Of a stretch of DNA of 64,000 bases, positions 1-11,374 are shown in pieces. Numbering within the stretch: position 1 is the first letter of the stretch; each line of letters starts with the position of its first letter. A model generated the notes under the pieces. That model worked only from the letters and a program-made list of their open reading frames with translations, searched no databases and had not been told where the DNA came from. The position numbers and the translations under genes were made by a program. This DNA comes from Cyanidioschyzon merolae (taxonomy: Eukaryota): the NCBI GenBank assembly GCA_000091205.1, contig AP006485.2; one strand, 5' to 3'.

Positions 1-964
1 CAACCACTTTCCCGACAGGAACATCCATTAGATCACGTATCTTGACAAAGTCGAACGAGACGCGTTGAATCATATTATCATCCGGAAGCTGGGTGATGAC
101 CGAGTTCTGGTCCAAGATCATCTCAAAAGAATGACCCGTATGATTGAACTGAGCGTTTGCTGGTTTCAAGCTCGCACCTGCAATACTGTAAATCCCGTTC
201 AGCTCAATGCGTTGATGTGCCTCGAGGGCCTTTTCACGAAACGCCGTAACGCGCATATTCCCTGTTTCGTCGGCTATTTCGAAAGAAAAGAGTTTCCCTT
301 CGCCTTTGGCGTTCGAATACGTACGCAGTTCTCCCTTCTGCACCACGCGACCCCTTATGATCACGTTGTTCTGATACGGGTTGGCGGCGCTGATCTTTGT
401 GTAGCCACCCGGCGGTGCTAGAGTTTCCACTGATGATCCCAGACCTTGGTCAAACCGCACTACGGGGCCAGCAGCTGCAGATTTAACAGGTGGCGGTACG
501 GACACTGGAGGCGCGCCGGGTGTTACCCGCGGCGGTGGAGGCTTATGTTCGACACCGGCTGAGACCGCCTGCCTTTTTCTTGCCGTTTCCGTTGAATCAT
601 CATCAAAGCTATGCGAGCTTAATGCGGTATCCGTGCTCGCCCTGGGATCAAACGCTTTCGGGTTGCCAACAGTGGGCGCATTTCGCTCCAAAATCTCCAG
701 GTTGATGATAATGGCAACAACTCGGTCTTGAACTTTGTTCGGTTGATAGTCGACCAACCGAACGATTGATCCTTTATCGAGATCCCCACTCAAAACGAAC
801 GAGTTCAGTTGGGCCATGAGCACGCAGTGTAGCAAGTGCTCGCCATCCGATAGAACCACTCGATAACGATCACCGCTGGTTGTAGCCTGTGCCTGCTGCG
901 CTACACTGGGCTGTAGCTTCCTTACCTCCTGTACCTGAAGCACAGGCCGCGACACGGTGTTCAT
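1..964 (-). CDS. RPA1: Replication protein A 70 kDa subunit (RPA1), N-terminal part; CDS runs off the window start
   Basis: Manual translation of the - strand from the ATG (complement of 962-964) gives MNTVSRPVLQVQEV...RYRVVLSDGEHLLHCVLMAQLNSF..., an RPA70 N-terminal OB fold. After a linker comes ...YQNNVIIRGRVVQKGELRTYSNAKGEGKLFSFEIADETGNMRVTAF..., the DBD-A signature. The frame stays open to coordinate 1. The ORF track does not list it because it is open-ended. Confidence 0.75.
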   Translation of the reverse strand, partial: MNTVSRPVLQVQEVRKLQPSVAQQAQATTSGDRYRVVLSDGEHLLHCVLMAQLNSFVLSGDLDKGSIVRLVDYQPNKVQDRVVAIIINLEILERNAPTVGNPKAFDPRASTDTALSSHSFDDDSTETARKRQAVSAGVEHKPPPPRVTPGAPPVSVPPPVKSAAAGPVVRFDQGLGSSVETLAPPGGYTKISAANPYQNNVIIRGRVVQKGELRTYSNAKGEGKLFSFEIADETGNMRVTAFREKALEAHQRIELNGIYSIAGASLKPANAQFNHTGHSFEMILDQNSVITQLPDDNMIQRVSFDFVKIRDLMDVPVGKVV

Positions 965-1574
965 GCCATAAATGCTTTTCACTGCACCACGACTGAGTGC
1001 TGTGCTCGCCATCCTTGCGCAGCTGTGTTGTGCGTTTCCAGAAGACACCCACCACTCAGTAAAAGGCCACACGAACGTTAAGATGCGTTGGCGCCATTTC
1101 GCAGCGCTGCGCCACAGGGATGGACAGTTTATGGAATTATTGTCCAGTCTTCCGCGGGGCGTTCCCGCTCTTTGAGCAGCACCACGCTCGAGACGGACGC
1201 GCCATGTACTGCACGCACTGCGTGTGCTGTCTCCATGCTGTGCTCTGCGCCGATCATTGCCCGAAAAGTAGCTGCAAACGTCGCAGTAGGTACAAACTAA
1301 TCCACCTCGTGTCTTGTTCTTCCGTCTCTTCGAAATAACCGAATGTATATCAAATTCATGGATGCTCGTTGCAAGCTCCCGGTCGATTGAGCTTTTTTGC
1401 ACAGACGCCAGTAACATTTATTTCCCAAGTTGCTAATCGTTTCGCTTCCTCCGCAGTTCTAATGGCACTCCATATAGCACATCAGAGCTCAGATAGTACT
1501 CCTCATATTCTCCCAGGTTGCAGAGAAGCGCTGAGGAATCTTTTCTCATGGGGCTTCCAGTAACTACACCGGTA

Positions 1575-2135
1575 TCAGATCCAAACTGAACACTGAACTG
1601 TTCACTCACATCCTCTCTACCAGGTTTTCCGAGTATTTTACGTGGACAGCCCCGCCGTGCAACGAGCACCAACAACAGCTTACACATTCATGCACAGCTC
1701 AAGGATTCCCGATCGCCTCTTCAACGATAATTACCCGACGTCATCGCTCGGCGGCATCCTCTCAAGCTTATGCCGAAATTCCACTGATCTTGTCACGCCA
1801 AAGAATAACCCATTCCGTTCTAGAGACAAACCCTCATCCGCTCTTCGCTGCCGTCCACCATACACCGTTCCACTCCAGAATGATGCGCCTCACGGGGTCC
1901 GCGCCCTCGAGCGCAACCCGAACCGTTTAAAGGTCGACGCTAAGGCAGCCATGAGCACCCTTCGACTGCTGCCAGGGTGCCGGAGGGACGCAAGAGCCCA
2001 GCTCATAGAAAGCCGGATTTGGGGGCAGGAACGAGGATTATGAACAGAAGCTGAAAGAGACCGGAAATGCTGGTTAGGATGGTAACGGGAAGCGATCCCA
2101 GCTGTAGAATGTGTGCCCAAGATAGGTGAGTGGAC
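1575..2135 (+). repeat. R1 interspersed repeat, copy 1, variant A. It lies about 140 bp upstream of the Aos1 gene.
   Basis: Near-identical to segments at 5007-5567, 8044-8603 and 11375-11933. It begins at a TGAACtGTTCA palindrome and ends in ...CCCAAGATAG|GTGAGTGGAC. Confidence 0.85.
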
Positions 2136-2275
2136 GTGTTCCATTTTAGTTTGATCTTGGTCTGAAGCTCAGCCAGAGCTTTGTATCGTCTGCGCCGAGT
2201 CTCCGATTCTGATTCGGAATCTGTGTTGGCTAAAGCCTCACCGTTCAAAACTGAAATCTAGCTAGTCTTGCGTCT

Positions 2276-3463
2276 ATGCGCAAGCGTGTTCGGGAGACAT
2301 CCCCCAAGGATGCTCCTAAAGAAGACCCAGAAAGTGCACTCACACGGCACGAAGCAGAGGTTTACGATCGACAGCTTAGGCTCTGGGGACACGGCGCTCA
2401 ATGGCGACTCTCACAGAGCTGTGCCTTGATGGTTGTTCTTTCGAGGGGCACATCCGATCTTCTTTGGTTCGAACTCGCTAAAAACCTTGTGCTTGCCGGT
2501 ATTGGACACCTGACTGTCAGCGCTTGGCTTTCGAACCCTGGAAAGTACGAAGGGACCACCGAGAGCGACTCTTGTGCTGTGTGCGGAGAAGGATTGGCAC
2601 CTATTTCAGAGACGCAGGCTTTTAGAGATATCAAGGAAATGAACCCTTTTGTTACAGTGGAGCCTGGACCAGATGCGGGGTCGCTTCTGAAGAGCGTGGA
2701 AAACCTGGTTAACTTGAACGCGAACTGCGTCTGCATCGTTTCACCCGATTTTGAAGAACCGAACCCGCCTTCATCGAATACATCGGATGACATGACCCCA
2801 TGCACACGCCTTGCGGAATTCTGTGCTGAACTGAACATTCCCTGCTTCATTGCTGCGAGCATTGGATACTGTTGCGGTTTCTTCGTCAGCGAACCGGAAG
2901 AAAACGAACACTCGTGTATCCAAGTGGCAGAGGCCTCAAACAAGAGAACGTCTCCGGGAGGCATGCGTTTTCGTAGAGCCGAACAGCATGCAAAACCTGC
3001 GGCCGTACAGGATCCTTCTCAGAATCATCCGCGATGGAAGTCGACCTATGGGAATATTCTGGCCAAATTACGCGACGTATCGCAGGACGACGCTTCTTTG
3101 AATATCGCGAATGAAGACGCATGGCGTCCGTTTCTCAGGTGGATGACGTTCCGGCGGATGCGGATGCCTCATCCCCTCTATAAGGTAATCGGCGCGACAG
3201 CGAGGAGCGCTCTTTTCGCCGAGAATGATGACTCGATCCCAACAAGTGGAAACGTCGTCGATGCGTTGGGCTGGAACTTTCCGCCACTAGCCAAAGTTAT
3301 CGGTGGAATCTGGTCTCTGGAAGTCATCAAAATGCTTGCTGGTATAGATCATACTCAGTATTTCGGGAATTTCTTTTTCTTCGACGGTATGACCGCATGC
3401 GGTGCATTCACTAAGCTCGTTACGAGCGATATTTCGATCGAACCAAGTCGGGCAGATCCATAA
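2276..3463 (+). CDS. SUMO-activating enzyme subunit 1 (Aos1/SAE1-like E1 regulatory subunit)
   Basis: YDRQLRLWGHGAQWRL...LAKNLVLAGIGHLTV matches the ThiF/E1 N-terminal motif of Aos1. The C-terminal FFFDG and the size of 395 aa also fit. The ATG sits at 2276. Confidence 0.65.
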   Translation: MRKRVRETSPKDAPKEDPESALTRHEAEVYDRQLRLWGHGAQWRLSQSCALMVVLSRGTSDLLWFELAKNLVLAGIGHLTVSAWLSNPGKYEGTTESDSCAVCGEGLAPISETQAFRDIKEMNPFVTVEPGPDAGSLLKSVENLVNLNANCVCIVSPDFEEPNPPSSNTSDDMTPCTRLAEFCAELNIPCFIAASIGYCCGFFVSEPEENEHSCIQVAEASNKRTSPGGMRFRRAEQHAKPAAVQDPSQNHPRWKSTYGNILAKLRDVSQDDASLNIANEDAWRPFLRWMTFRRMRMPHPLYKVIGATARSALFAENDDSIPTSGNVVDALGWNFPPLAKVIGGIWSLEVIKMLAGIDHTQYFGNFFFFDGMTACGAFTKLVTSDISIEPSRADP

Positions 3464-5006
3464 CTCTCCAGCCATGCACGCTCAGTCTGAGGAGAAGACT
3501 GGGATAGCGAATGTTAAAAGCAGTATAATGGTATTCTTTTCGAATCAAGCTCCAACAGGGGCGTCTCATTATGTGATGTTGTCTATTCGTTTCCCGATCG
3601 ATATGCGCCGCGCACAAAACCCACGAGGTTGCTCAGAGCATATGTACCTTTGTCTACATGCCATTCGCAGCTTCCTGATGTTCCTAACAGTTCGCATAAG
3701 GCTAACGGCCGCTCTAACTGCACAGCGGATGAATGCATACGAAGCAGCGGACCGCACTGGGCCGTCTCACGTGTAGAGCAGCGCGAAACTAAGATGCAAA
3801 ATTGGTGTCCAATTCCAGGAACCGGCCTTGAAAACCTGTCCGCTCTGATGTAGGTCGCAAAACGTAACTGAGAGCCCAGCAACCCGTCATATGTCGCCCA
3901 GTTCATGCTGAATAATATTGATTGCCCCTGCGGGTGCAGATGTGTGCATGGTTTGGACAGAGCTTCTATCAGAAACAAATCGTATTGTTTAATCAGGTTG
4001 AACGTCCTTCTTCGTCGCTGACTGTGCAAGCGCATTGTGTGAAAACGAACCAAAAGCATAAAATCTCTCCAAAACCGGAATGTGAATTAAATATTTGTTT
4101 CTGCACAGCACTGTCATGGAGCACTGAGCTTGCTAAGAAATTTTGTGAGAAGTATGGTGCACAGGTTACTTTTTTATTTCGGGACCCATGACGCGCGACG
4201 CTCCCATCCGAATGAATATTTTTAACTCGGGAAGATTGCGACCTCGATGCTTTCCAGCGAGATAACAGTAGACATAGACATTTAAACCAATATAAACGAC
4301 CCCGGGATGTCGCGGATCCGGTGCATTTGAAGATGCAGCGATGTGAATTTGCTTTCCAAGAAAAGTAAATCTAGTTCCACAGATGCGAATACTCTCGGTT
4401 TCATCAGGCTACGAGTATATCTTTTGGATGCGGAGCAAGTCTTGAATAATGCGTTCAGCAGACACAACACAAGTCGGCGCAGCGCCCTTCAGGAATCTTC
4501 ATGGCATGGACCTATTACGTGCTGTGGTAACCTCGCAGAAGCAGCCGGGAGTGGCCGCCACAAGCCCCGGAACTGGAGCTCTTATGGGCTCCTTTCGTTG
4601 CCTCCATGTAGCAAGTAGCATTATGACAACCGCTCTTGTTAAATCTTGCACAACAGAGCATCCATATAAGTAACAGTGAGAAGGAACCAGAGTCTCGAAG
4701 GCACACGGCAAAAGCTGGCCGATATCCAGCAAATTCTTGTGGCTTCTTTAACTGCATCTCGTTACTGAGTGCTAGGGAGCTCCGACATCCTGTTTACGCC
4801 TTCACAGAGACCGAGCAGAAAAAAGTCGTACACGTGCGCATCGAGTGCCGAATGCCCTTGGACCAGGATATTCCACTTGACTCTTTCGCAGTGTGGCTTT
4901 TGATGTAGTTTTTAGAAGGTCCGAGACAAGATGAAGCTATCGAAGCCGTTTGTGCGACTTTCGCGTATGCCAGCTCTGCAAACACGCTGTAACTGCAACA
5001 AACTTA

Positions 5007-5567
5007 TCAGATACAAGCTGAAAACTGAACTGTTCACTCACATCCTTTCTACCAGGTTTTCCGAGTATTTTTCGTGGACAGCCCCGCCGTGCAACGAGCA
5101 CCAACAACAGCTTACACATTCATGCACAGCTCAAGGATTCCCGATCGCCTCTTCAACGATAATTACCCGACGTCATCGCTCGGCGGCATCCTCTCAAGCT
5201 TATGCCGAAACTCCACTGATCTTGTCACGCCAAAGAATAACCCATTCCGTTCTAGAGACAAACCCTCATCCGCTCTTCGCTGCCGTCCACCATACACCGT
5301 TCCACTCCAGAATGATGCGCCTCACGGAGTCCGCGCCCTCGAGCGCAACCCGAACCGTTTAAAGGTCGACGCTAAGGCAGCCATGAGCACCCTTCGACTG
5401 CTGCCAGGGTGCCGGAGGGACGCAAGAGCCCAGCTCATAGAAAGCCGGATTTGGGGGCAGGAACGAGGATTATGAACAGAAGCTGAAAGAGACCGGAAAT
5501 GCTGGTGAGGATGGCAACGGGAAGCGATCCCAGCTGTGGAATGTATGCCCATGATAGGTGAGTGGAC
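5007..5567 (+). repeat. R1 interspersed repeat, copy 2, variant B. It abuts and overlaps the Hsp78 start.
   Basis: Identical to copy 4 at the variant positions (ttttcgtgg, aaactcc, cggagtcc, gtgaggatggcaacgg). It ends GTGAGTGGACATG, and that ATG is the Hsp78 start codon. Confidence 0.85.
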
Positions 5568-7973
5568 ATGTTCCATATTCAGTCTGACAGCCGCTCTGCC
5601 GCTTTCCGAGAAGCTGCGAGCGCGCGCATTCCGGGTGCGTCGAGATTCGCCGCGAGAATTCCGGCAGGCATCTCACCAGATCGCATTGCGCGAATCGAAA
5701 TTGGTTTTGGGATCAAAATTTGCGTTGGACATGTTCATTCTTCGCTACGAGAAATGCAAGGAAACCAGGACTCGCAACAAGAAGATCCCCTTAAGGTTTA
5801 CGGACGAGATCTGGTCGCCGAGGCTGAGGCAGGTCGACTGGATCCGGTGATTGGTCGCGATGCTGAGCTGCGGCGTGTGATTCAGATCCTGTCAAGGAGG
5901 ACCAAAAACAATCCGGTTCTAATCGGCGAGCCCGGTGTGGGCAAGACAGCAATTGTTGAAGCTCTGGCACAGCGTATCGTACGTGGTGACGTCCCGGAAG
6001 CGTTGTCAGGTACCCGAGTAGTCGCTTTGGATATGGCTGCTTTGATTGCTGGAGCAAAGTATCGGGGCGAGTTCGAGGAGCGTCTGAAGGGTATAATTAA
6101 GGCTGTAAAGGAGTCCGCGGGAAAAATCATTCTATTCATCGACGAAATCCATACTGTTCTCGGTGCAGGCTCCACTAGTGGTGAAAGCATGGATGCAGCG
6201 AATATTCTGAAACCGGCACTCGCTCGCGGCGAGCTCAGATGTATCGGTGCAACTACTGTTGACGAGTATAAGAAGCACGTGGAGAAGGACGCAGCGTTTG
6301 AAAGGCGGTTTCAACAAGTCTACGTATCTGAACCCTCCGTTGAAGAGACGATATCAATTCTGCGGGGCCTTCGACCCGTATACGAGAGTTTCCACGGTGT
6401 TCGAGTAACTGACGCGAGCCTCATCGCAGCAGCACAACTGAGCGATCGGTATATTCGCGACCGCTTTCTACCAGACAAAGCAATCGATCTCCTAGATGAG
6501 GCATGCAGCGCTATCCGGGTACAGCTAGACTCGCAACCAGAAATTATCGATCGCCTCGAAAGGCGGAAGCTGCAGCTCGAGATTGAGGAAACAGCGCTGC
6601 AACGGGAGAAAGACAAAGCGAGCAAGCAACGTCTCGAAAGCGTTCGGGAAGAAATAGCGAAAATAGATGAAGAACTTCGACCCCTGAAGAAGAAGTTTGA
6701 GAAGGAGATGCAGAAGGTGAATGAAGTGCGACACATCAGGTCGAAAATTGAGGAGCTGAAACGAAAAGCGGAGCTTGCCGAGCGGCGTCGGGACCTTGCG
6801 CTCGCCTCTGACCTACGATTTGGTGCGATTCCGGAGTTGCAATCACGACTGAGTCAACTTACGCGAGAAATTGATGAAGAGCGATCCCAGCGAGCATTAC
6901 ATGCGAGTTCGCGACTTTCAGGCACAGAGGCAGAAAGTGCTGTTCTGGTTTCAGAAACAGTGGAGCCCGCGCACATTGCCGAAGTAGTCTCGCGCTGGAC
7001 CGGCATACCCGTGTCGAGACTAACGCAAGGAGAACGAGAACGCCTGCTGCATCTCCGAGAGCGCCTCATGTCGCGAATTGTTGGCCAGGCGCAAGCCATA
7101 TCTGCTATAGCGGATGCGATTCTTCGATCCCGTGCTGGATTTGGCCGTGAGCAACAGCCTATTGGCTCTTTTCTGTTCTTAGGACCCACTGGTGTTGGCA
7201 AGACTGAGACGGCCAAAGCGCTCGCCGTGGAGCTTTTTGACACGGAGAAGAACATTGTGCGCATCGATATGAGCGAATACATGGAGAAACATGCGGTCGC
7301 CCGGCTCATTGGATCACCGCCGGGCTATGTCGGCTACGAAGAGGGCGGCCAGCTCACGGAGGCGATTCGGAGACGTCCTTACTCCGTGGTGCTCCTAGAC
7401 GAGGTGGAAAAGGCGCACCCGGAAGTCTTGAATATACTTCTCCAAGTTCTAGATGATGGAAGGCTCACGGATGGGCACGGGAAGGTCGTCGACTTTAGCA
7501 ACTGCGTCATCATCATGACATCGAATATCGGCAGCAAGTATATCCTCGATCTCAACGGCAGCGCAAAAGATGCTGAACCGTTTGTAATGGAAGAGGTTCG
7601 CCGTACTTTCCGCCCAGAGTTCTTGAATCGGCTGGATGCGATTGTGTTGTATAACGCTCTCGGTGAGGTACAACTAGCTGCAATTGTCCGTTTGCAACTT
7701 GCGGACGTGGGCAAGCGCCTTGCGCGTGAGCAGATTATGCTGCAGTGCACCGATGCTGCTGTAATTCGCATCCTGAATGAGGCGAAGGCGAATCCTGCGT
7801 ACGGCGCTCGGCCTATTCGACGCTTCATCGAGCAAGAGCTCGTGACAGAGTTGAGCCGTATGCATATTTCTGGTGAATTGCTCAGCGGTGGCCGTGTCAT
7901 CGTGGATGTTGATCAGCGTGGGGACTGGATATTCCGGGTCGAAAATCCCAGCCTGATGGATGACGACGAATGA
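5562..7973 (+). CDS. Hsp78/ClpB-type AAA+ disaggregase, probably mitochondrial; the N-domain is absent and an R/S/A-rich presequence is present
   Basis: NBD1 begins [63 protein letters not shown]. The second Walker A is GPTGVGKT. A coiled-coil M-domain is present and the protein is 803 aa. The first ~70 aa (…[17 protein letters not shown]…) look like a mitochondrial presequence, as in Hsp78, which lacks the ClpB N-domain. Confidence 0.9.
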   Translation: MDMFHIQSDSRSAAFREAASARIPGASRFAARIPAGISPDRIARIEIGFGIKICVGHVHSSLREMQGNQDSQQEDPLKVYGRDLVAEAEAGRLDPVIGRDAELRRVIQILSRRTKNNPVLIGEPGVGKTAIVEALAQRIVRGDVPEALSGTRVVALDMAALIAGAKYRGEFEERLKGIIKAVKESAGKIILFIDEIHTVLGAGSTSGESMDAANILKPALARGELRCIGATTVDEYKKHVEKDAAFERRFQQVYVSEPSVEETISILRGLRPVYESFHGVRVTDASLIAAAQLSDRYIRDRFLPDKAIDLLDEACSAIRVQLDSQPEIIDRLERRKLQLEIEETALQREKDKASKQRLESVREEIAKIDEELRPLKKKFEKEMQKVNEVRHIRSKIEELKRKAELAERRRDLALASDLRFGAIPELQSRLSQLTREIDEERSQRALHASSRLSGTEAESAVLVSETVEPAHIAEVVSRWTGIPVSRLTQGERERLLHLRERLMSRIVGQAQAISAIADAILRSRAGFGREQQPIGSFLFLGPTGVGKTETAKALAVELFDTEKNIVRIDMSEYMEKHAVARLIGSPPGYVGYEEGGQLTEAIRRRPYSVVLLDEVEKAHPEVLNILLQVLDDGRLTDGHGKVVDFSNCVIIMTSNIGSKYILDLNGSAKDAEPFVMEEVRRTFRPEFLNRLDAIVLYNALGEVQLAAIVRLQLADVGKRLAREQIMLQCTDAAVIRILNEAKANPAYGARPIRRFIEQELVTELSRMHISGELLSGGRVIVDVDQRGDWIFRVENPSLMDDDE

Positions 7974-8043
7974 TCACGCCCTTCTGTTACCGCACTATGC
8001 AGCCGTTTGAAGCAATATTGGCATAATAATACCTAAACCCTCA

Positions 8044-8603
8044 TCAGATACAAGCTGAACACTGAACTGTTCACTCACATCCTCTCTACCAGGTTTTCCG
8101 AGTATTTTACGTGGACAGCCCCGCCGTGCAACGAGCACCAACAACAGCTTACACATTCACGCACAGCTCAAGGATTCCCGATCGCCTCTTCAACGATAAT
8201 TACCCGACGTCATCGCTCGGCGGCATCCTCTCAAGCTTATGCCGAAATTCCACTGATCTTGTCACGCCAAAGAATAACCCATTCCGTTCTAGAGACAAAC
8301 CCTCATCCGCTCTTCGCTGCCGTCCACCATACACCGTTCCACTCCAGAATGATGCGCCTCACGGGGTCCGCGCCCTCGAGCGCAACCCGAACCGTTTAAA
8401 GGTCGACGCTAAGGCAGCCATGAGCACCCTTCGACTGCTGCCAGGGTGCCGGAGGGACGCAAGAGCCCAGCTCATAGAAAGCCGGATTTGGGGGCAGGAA
8501 CGAGGATTATGAACAGAAGCTGAAAGAGACCGGAAATGCTGGTTAGGATGGTAACGGGAAGCGATCCCAGCTGTAGAATGTGTGCCCAAGATAGGTGAGT
8601 GGA
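8044..8603 (+). repeat. R1 interspersed repeat, copy 3, variant A. It lies about 265 bp upstream of the Smr gene.
   Basis: Matches copy 1 at the variant positions. It ends GTGAGTGGACATGATCTATTTTTCTTCTGACACAG. Confidence 0.85.
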
Positions 8604-8868
8604 CATGATCTATTTTTCTTCTGACACAGTTGCAGCTGCTGCGCGAAAACAGCGCGTAAACAGAGTGGCCTCGCTTTCAAAGAGCTACGTCAGACACTGT
8701 GATTTTAGGCGCTCGATATCTTAGCGCATAACTTAAGCTTCATAAACTTAGTGGGTAACTGCACACGAGCGCAGTAGCGTGCCCACGTAGCAGCCTGCTG
8801 CAGGCACGAATAGTTCACGAGAGGCAGCGTTTGCTTCGAGTGCTCGCACAAACGAGGCGTCAGGCCTC

Positions 8869-9501
8869 ATGGGAGGCCGCCAAAGCAAACCGCACAGCAG
8901 CTCTCCGCCTGGAGCCAAGCAGCGACACACGGCACTGGAGCAGAGCTTGGTGCAACCTAGAGCCTACACAGACAATGAGTGGGACGAGGTTATTTCACGC
9001 GTTCGCGCTCACGAGCGGCAGCTATTCTCCAAGAAACAACAGCTCTTTGAGGCGGCAAGTACCGCATACAAAAAAGGACAGGGAGCAGAGGCAAAGCGGC
9101 TCTCTCGAACTGCTCATCAAACCGATGAGAAGTATCGGAGGGCACGTCAGGAAGCCTCGGTAACAATTTTGCACCTAAGGAACCATGGGAAACCTGCGGA
9201 TACTTTAGACCTACATGGCCAATATGTTGAGGAGGCTCTCTCGTTCACCAAACAACGACTCAAGGAGCTGCGGAATATAAACAATGCGCAACGTACATCG
9301 AGTCTGTTGATCATAACAGGTGCCGGACACCATAGCGAAGACGGTCGAGCGAAAATTCGGCCGGCAGTACTGAATTTTCTCCGGAAGAAGGGATATTCCT
9401 TCAAAGAAGAAGGTCCTGGGGCTTTCAGGGTTCATTTGGGCGCGGAAAGCACAGAGGGATGCTTCGCGTCTCTACTTCGGATGCTGGGCCTGAAAAAGTG
9501 A
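8869..9501 (+). CDS. Smr-domain protein (DUF1771 + Smr) with an N-terminal MGxxxS myristoylation-type start
   Basis: ...TLDLHGQYVEEALSFTKQRLKEL...LLIITGAGHHS...IRPAVLNFL is the Smr domain. The upstream helical DUF1771-like region is AYKKGQGAEAKRLS. The protein starts MGGRQSK. Confidence 0.65.
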   Translation: MGGRQSKPHSSSPPGAKQRHTALEQSLVQPRAYTDNEWDEVISRVRAHERQLFSKKQQLFEAASTAYKKGQGAEAKRLSRTAHQTDEKYRRARQEASVTILHLRNHGKPADTLDLHGQYVEEALSFTKQRLKELRNINNAQRTSSLLIITGAGHHSEDGRAKIRPAVLNFLRKKGYSFKEEGPGAFRVHLGAESTEGCFASLLRMLGLKK

Positions 9502-9532
9502 AGCCTATGGCAGTCATCATCAATGGACCTGG

Positions 9533-10282
9533 TCAGTGCATATCCTGGTGAACGGATGGATTCAATGTCAGGTCATATGCCATGTCGGGATCCTCAGACT
9601 CGTGGTCGCCGCAAGGAACGAAAGCAGGTATCGCAGTTAGCTCTTCTCGAGAGCTCGCGTACGAACGCCCTACTGTGAAACCTCTACACACGATGAAACT
9701 CTCAAGGCTTGAATTACGGCTCGAACGGGGTTTTGCGATATACAGTTCCCGAAAATAGGGACGTATACGAGCATAGAGAAGCGCCGACTCATAGCCGCGA
9801 AATATTTTTGCGACGAACTTACCGCCTTCCGCAAGCATGGCTACGCAGAAACGGAGAGCAGCTTGAACAAGTTCGCACTGCACGTATTCGTCAAGATCGT
9901 GCAGACCTGTAACGTCAGGGGCACCGTCGCTAAGTACCAGATCAGCTCTGCGACCACCGAGTGCGCAACGAACACGCTCCAGCGTATCTTCCTGAGTGAT
10001 GTCTCCTTGCAGGGTACAGACTCCTGGAATGGGAGCTATGTCCTGCAGATCAACAGCAACGGCACAGTTTCCCTCCGAAGCGCTCTCTGGCAGACGGAGC
10101 TTCTGACTTACAACCTGCGACCAACTTCCAGGGGCTGCACAAAGATCAGCAACGGTGCGAACACCGGTAAAAATCCCAAACTCATCGTCCAGCTGAAGTA
10201 GCTTGAAAGCGGAACGAGCCCGGAAGCCTTCCTCTTTTGCTTTTCGGTAGTAAACATCCCGCTTATCCTTACTTCTCGTCAT
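9533..10282 (-). CDS. FtsJ/Trm7-type 2'-O-ribose RNA methyltransferase
   Basis: MTRSKDKRDVYYRKAKEEGFRARSAFKLLQLDDEFGIF...VADLCAAPGSWSQV is the FtsJ SAM-binding signature. The track ORF starts at a TTG at 10312, so the start was moved to the ATG whose complement is at 10280-10282. Confidence 0.8.
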   Translation of the reverse strand: MTRSKDKRDVYYRKAKEEGFRARSAFKLLQLDDEFGIFTGVRTVADLCAAPGSWSQVVSQKLRLPESASEGNCAVAVDLQDIAPIPGVCTLQGDITQEDTLERVRCALGGRRADLVLSDGAPDVTGLHDLDEYVQCELVQAALRFCVAMLAEGGKFVAKIFRGYESALLYARIRPYFRELYIAKPRSSRNSSLESFIVCRGFTVGRSYASSREELTAIPAFVPCGDHESEDPDMAYDLTLNPSVHQDMH

Positions 10283-11374
10283 ACTATGAGCTGCGTGTGC
10301 AGGACTCGACAAGTAGGTCTACAACCAGAGCATTTGTTTGAATGTGCTGCGTCGCAGCCTTGCGACAGATGAGAAATTTCAGCTCTTCGTTGCAGGTTCC
10401 GCCGTGTCATGTCGTCTGTTGCATCTGCTATCCGATAAGCAGTGCATCTCATCATCACAGCTGGCCCAACCAGAATCGTTGAAGTTGCGCTACTCACTAG
10501 GAACGAAGTGCTCATACGAGTAGCCACGTCCCAGCTGACAAGCATTTATGGCACAGCCTTCGTGACTCATTCCTTTGTCCCCTACAAGTGCTTGAACATT
10601 ATCGCCTTAAGATGAAAAAAACACAAACGCGCCTGTGAAATACTGGTACCCTTCCTGAACCTGTGAGTTGGACACATATCGAGAGTTAGTCCACTGACGG
10701 TTGGGCACTCTGCCTCTGATACATAGTGGTGAATTGAACGATTCACCGCTCCGCGCCTTGGAACGCAGGAATAGCGCAGTAGCTATCCCTTTCCATCTTA
10801 TTTTTAGGTGCATGGGCGCGTGTTTAGTGCTAGAGCAGCTCAACAGCGTCAATTCGATACGAACAAGGTAGTCGCACTTCAGGGGTCATAAAGGTCTGTA
10901 AGGTTCGCGGTACTGTCGCGACGGCACTCGAGGTACGCTTTGACATCGTAGAGCTGCAAAGCCTAATCGTTGGTTCGAAGGGATAGCTAAATCGGTGTAG
11001 TACTCCATCACGATACGCAGCTCCAAATATACTCGCTAGACGGCTACAGTTGCGTCGTTGTAGCGGCATTGCAGGCCAACACAGGCAGTTCAGCATCAAT
11101 ATACACCGTCTTTGCGAGCAAGGCGGACTTGTCTTACCTACCGGCACGGATGCTTCGAGGCTTTGTGGTAATGCTGGGCGTTTCGGCATCTGCGACGAAG
11201 CGCCGATATGCACCGGGGGGCGTCGCCGCTTAGTAGAACAAATAAAGATTCAAATCTTGCACTCCACAGAACAATGCGTTGCACTAGCAGGTGATAAACT
11301 AGCGGAGTTGCAGGCTGGAACCGAAAGCTTCCATGAAAAATATGCGAATCAGAACGAAACGCTATACCTGTACC

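Noticed and set aside
1642-2043. A 133-aa ORF (MDSPAVQRAPTTAYTF…) recurs identically in every R1 copy; R1 also carries a 76-84-aa - strand ORF
   Set aside because: It starts at a GTG; the track allows alternative starts. Its composition is P/S/R-rich and low in complexity, with no recognisable domain. ORFs of similar length appear on both strands of the repeat. Conservation is explained by the recent age of the repeat, not by coding constraint.
8040-8060. A hammerhead-ribozyme-like CUGAUGAG box on the - strand at the R1 5' edge (also in the inverted copy near 46548)
   Set aside because: It is present in only two of five copies; the others read CUGAUAAG or CUGAUACC. No GAAAC box or stem partners lie at appropriate distances. 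It is most likely coincidental.
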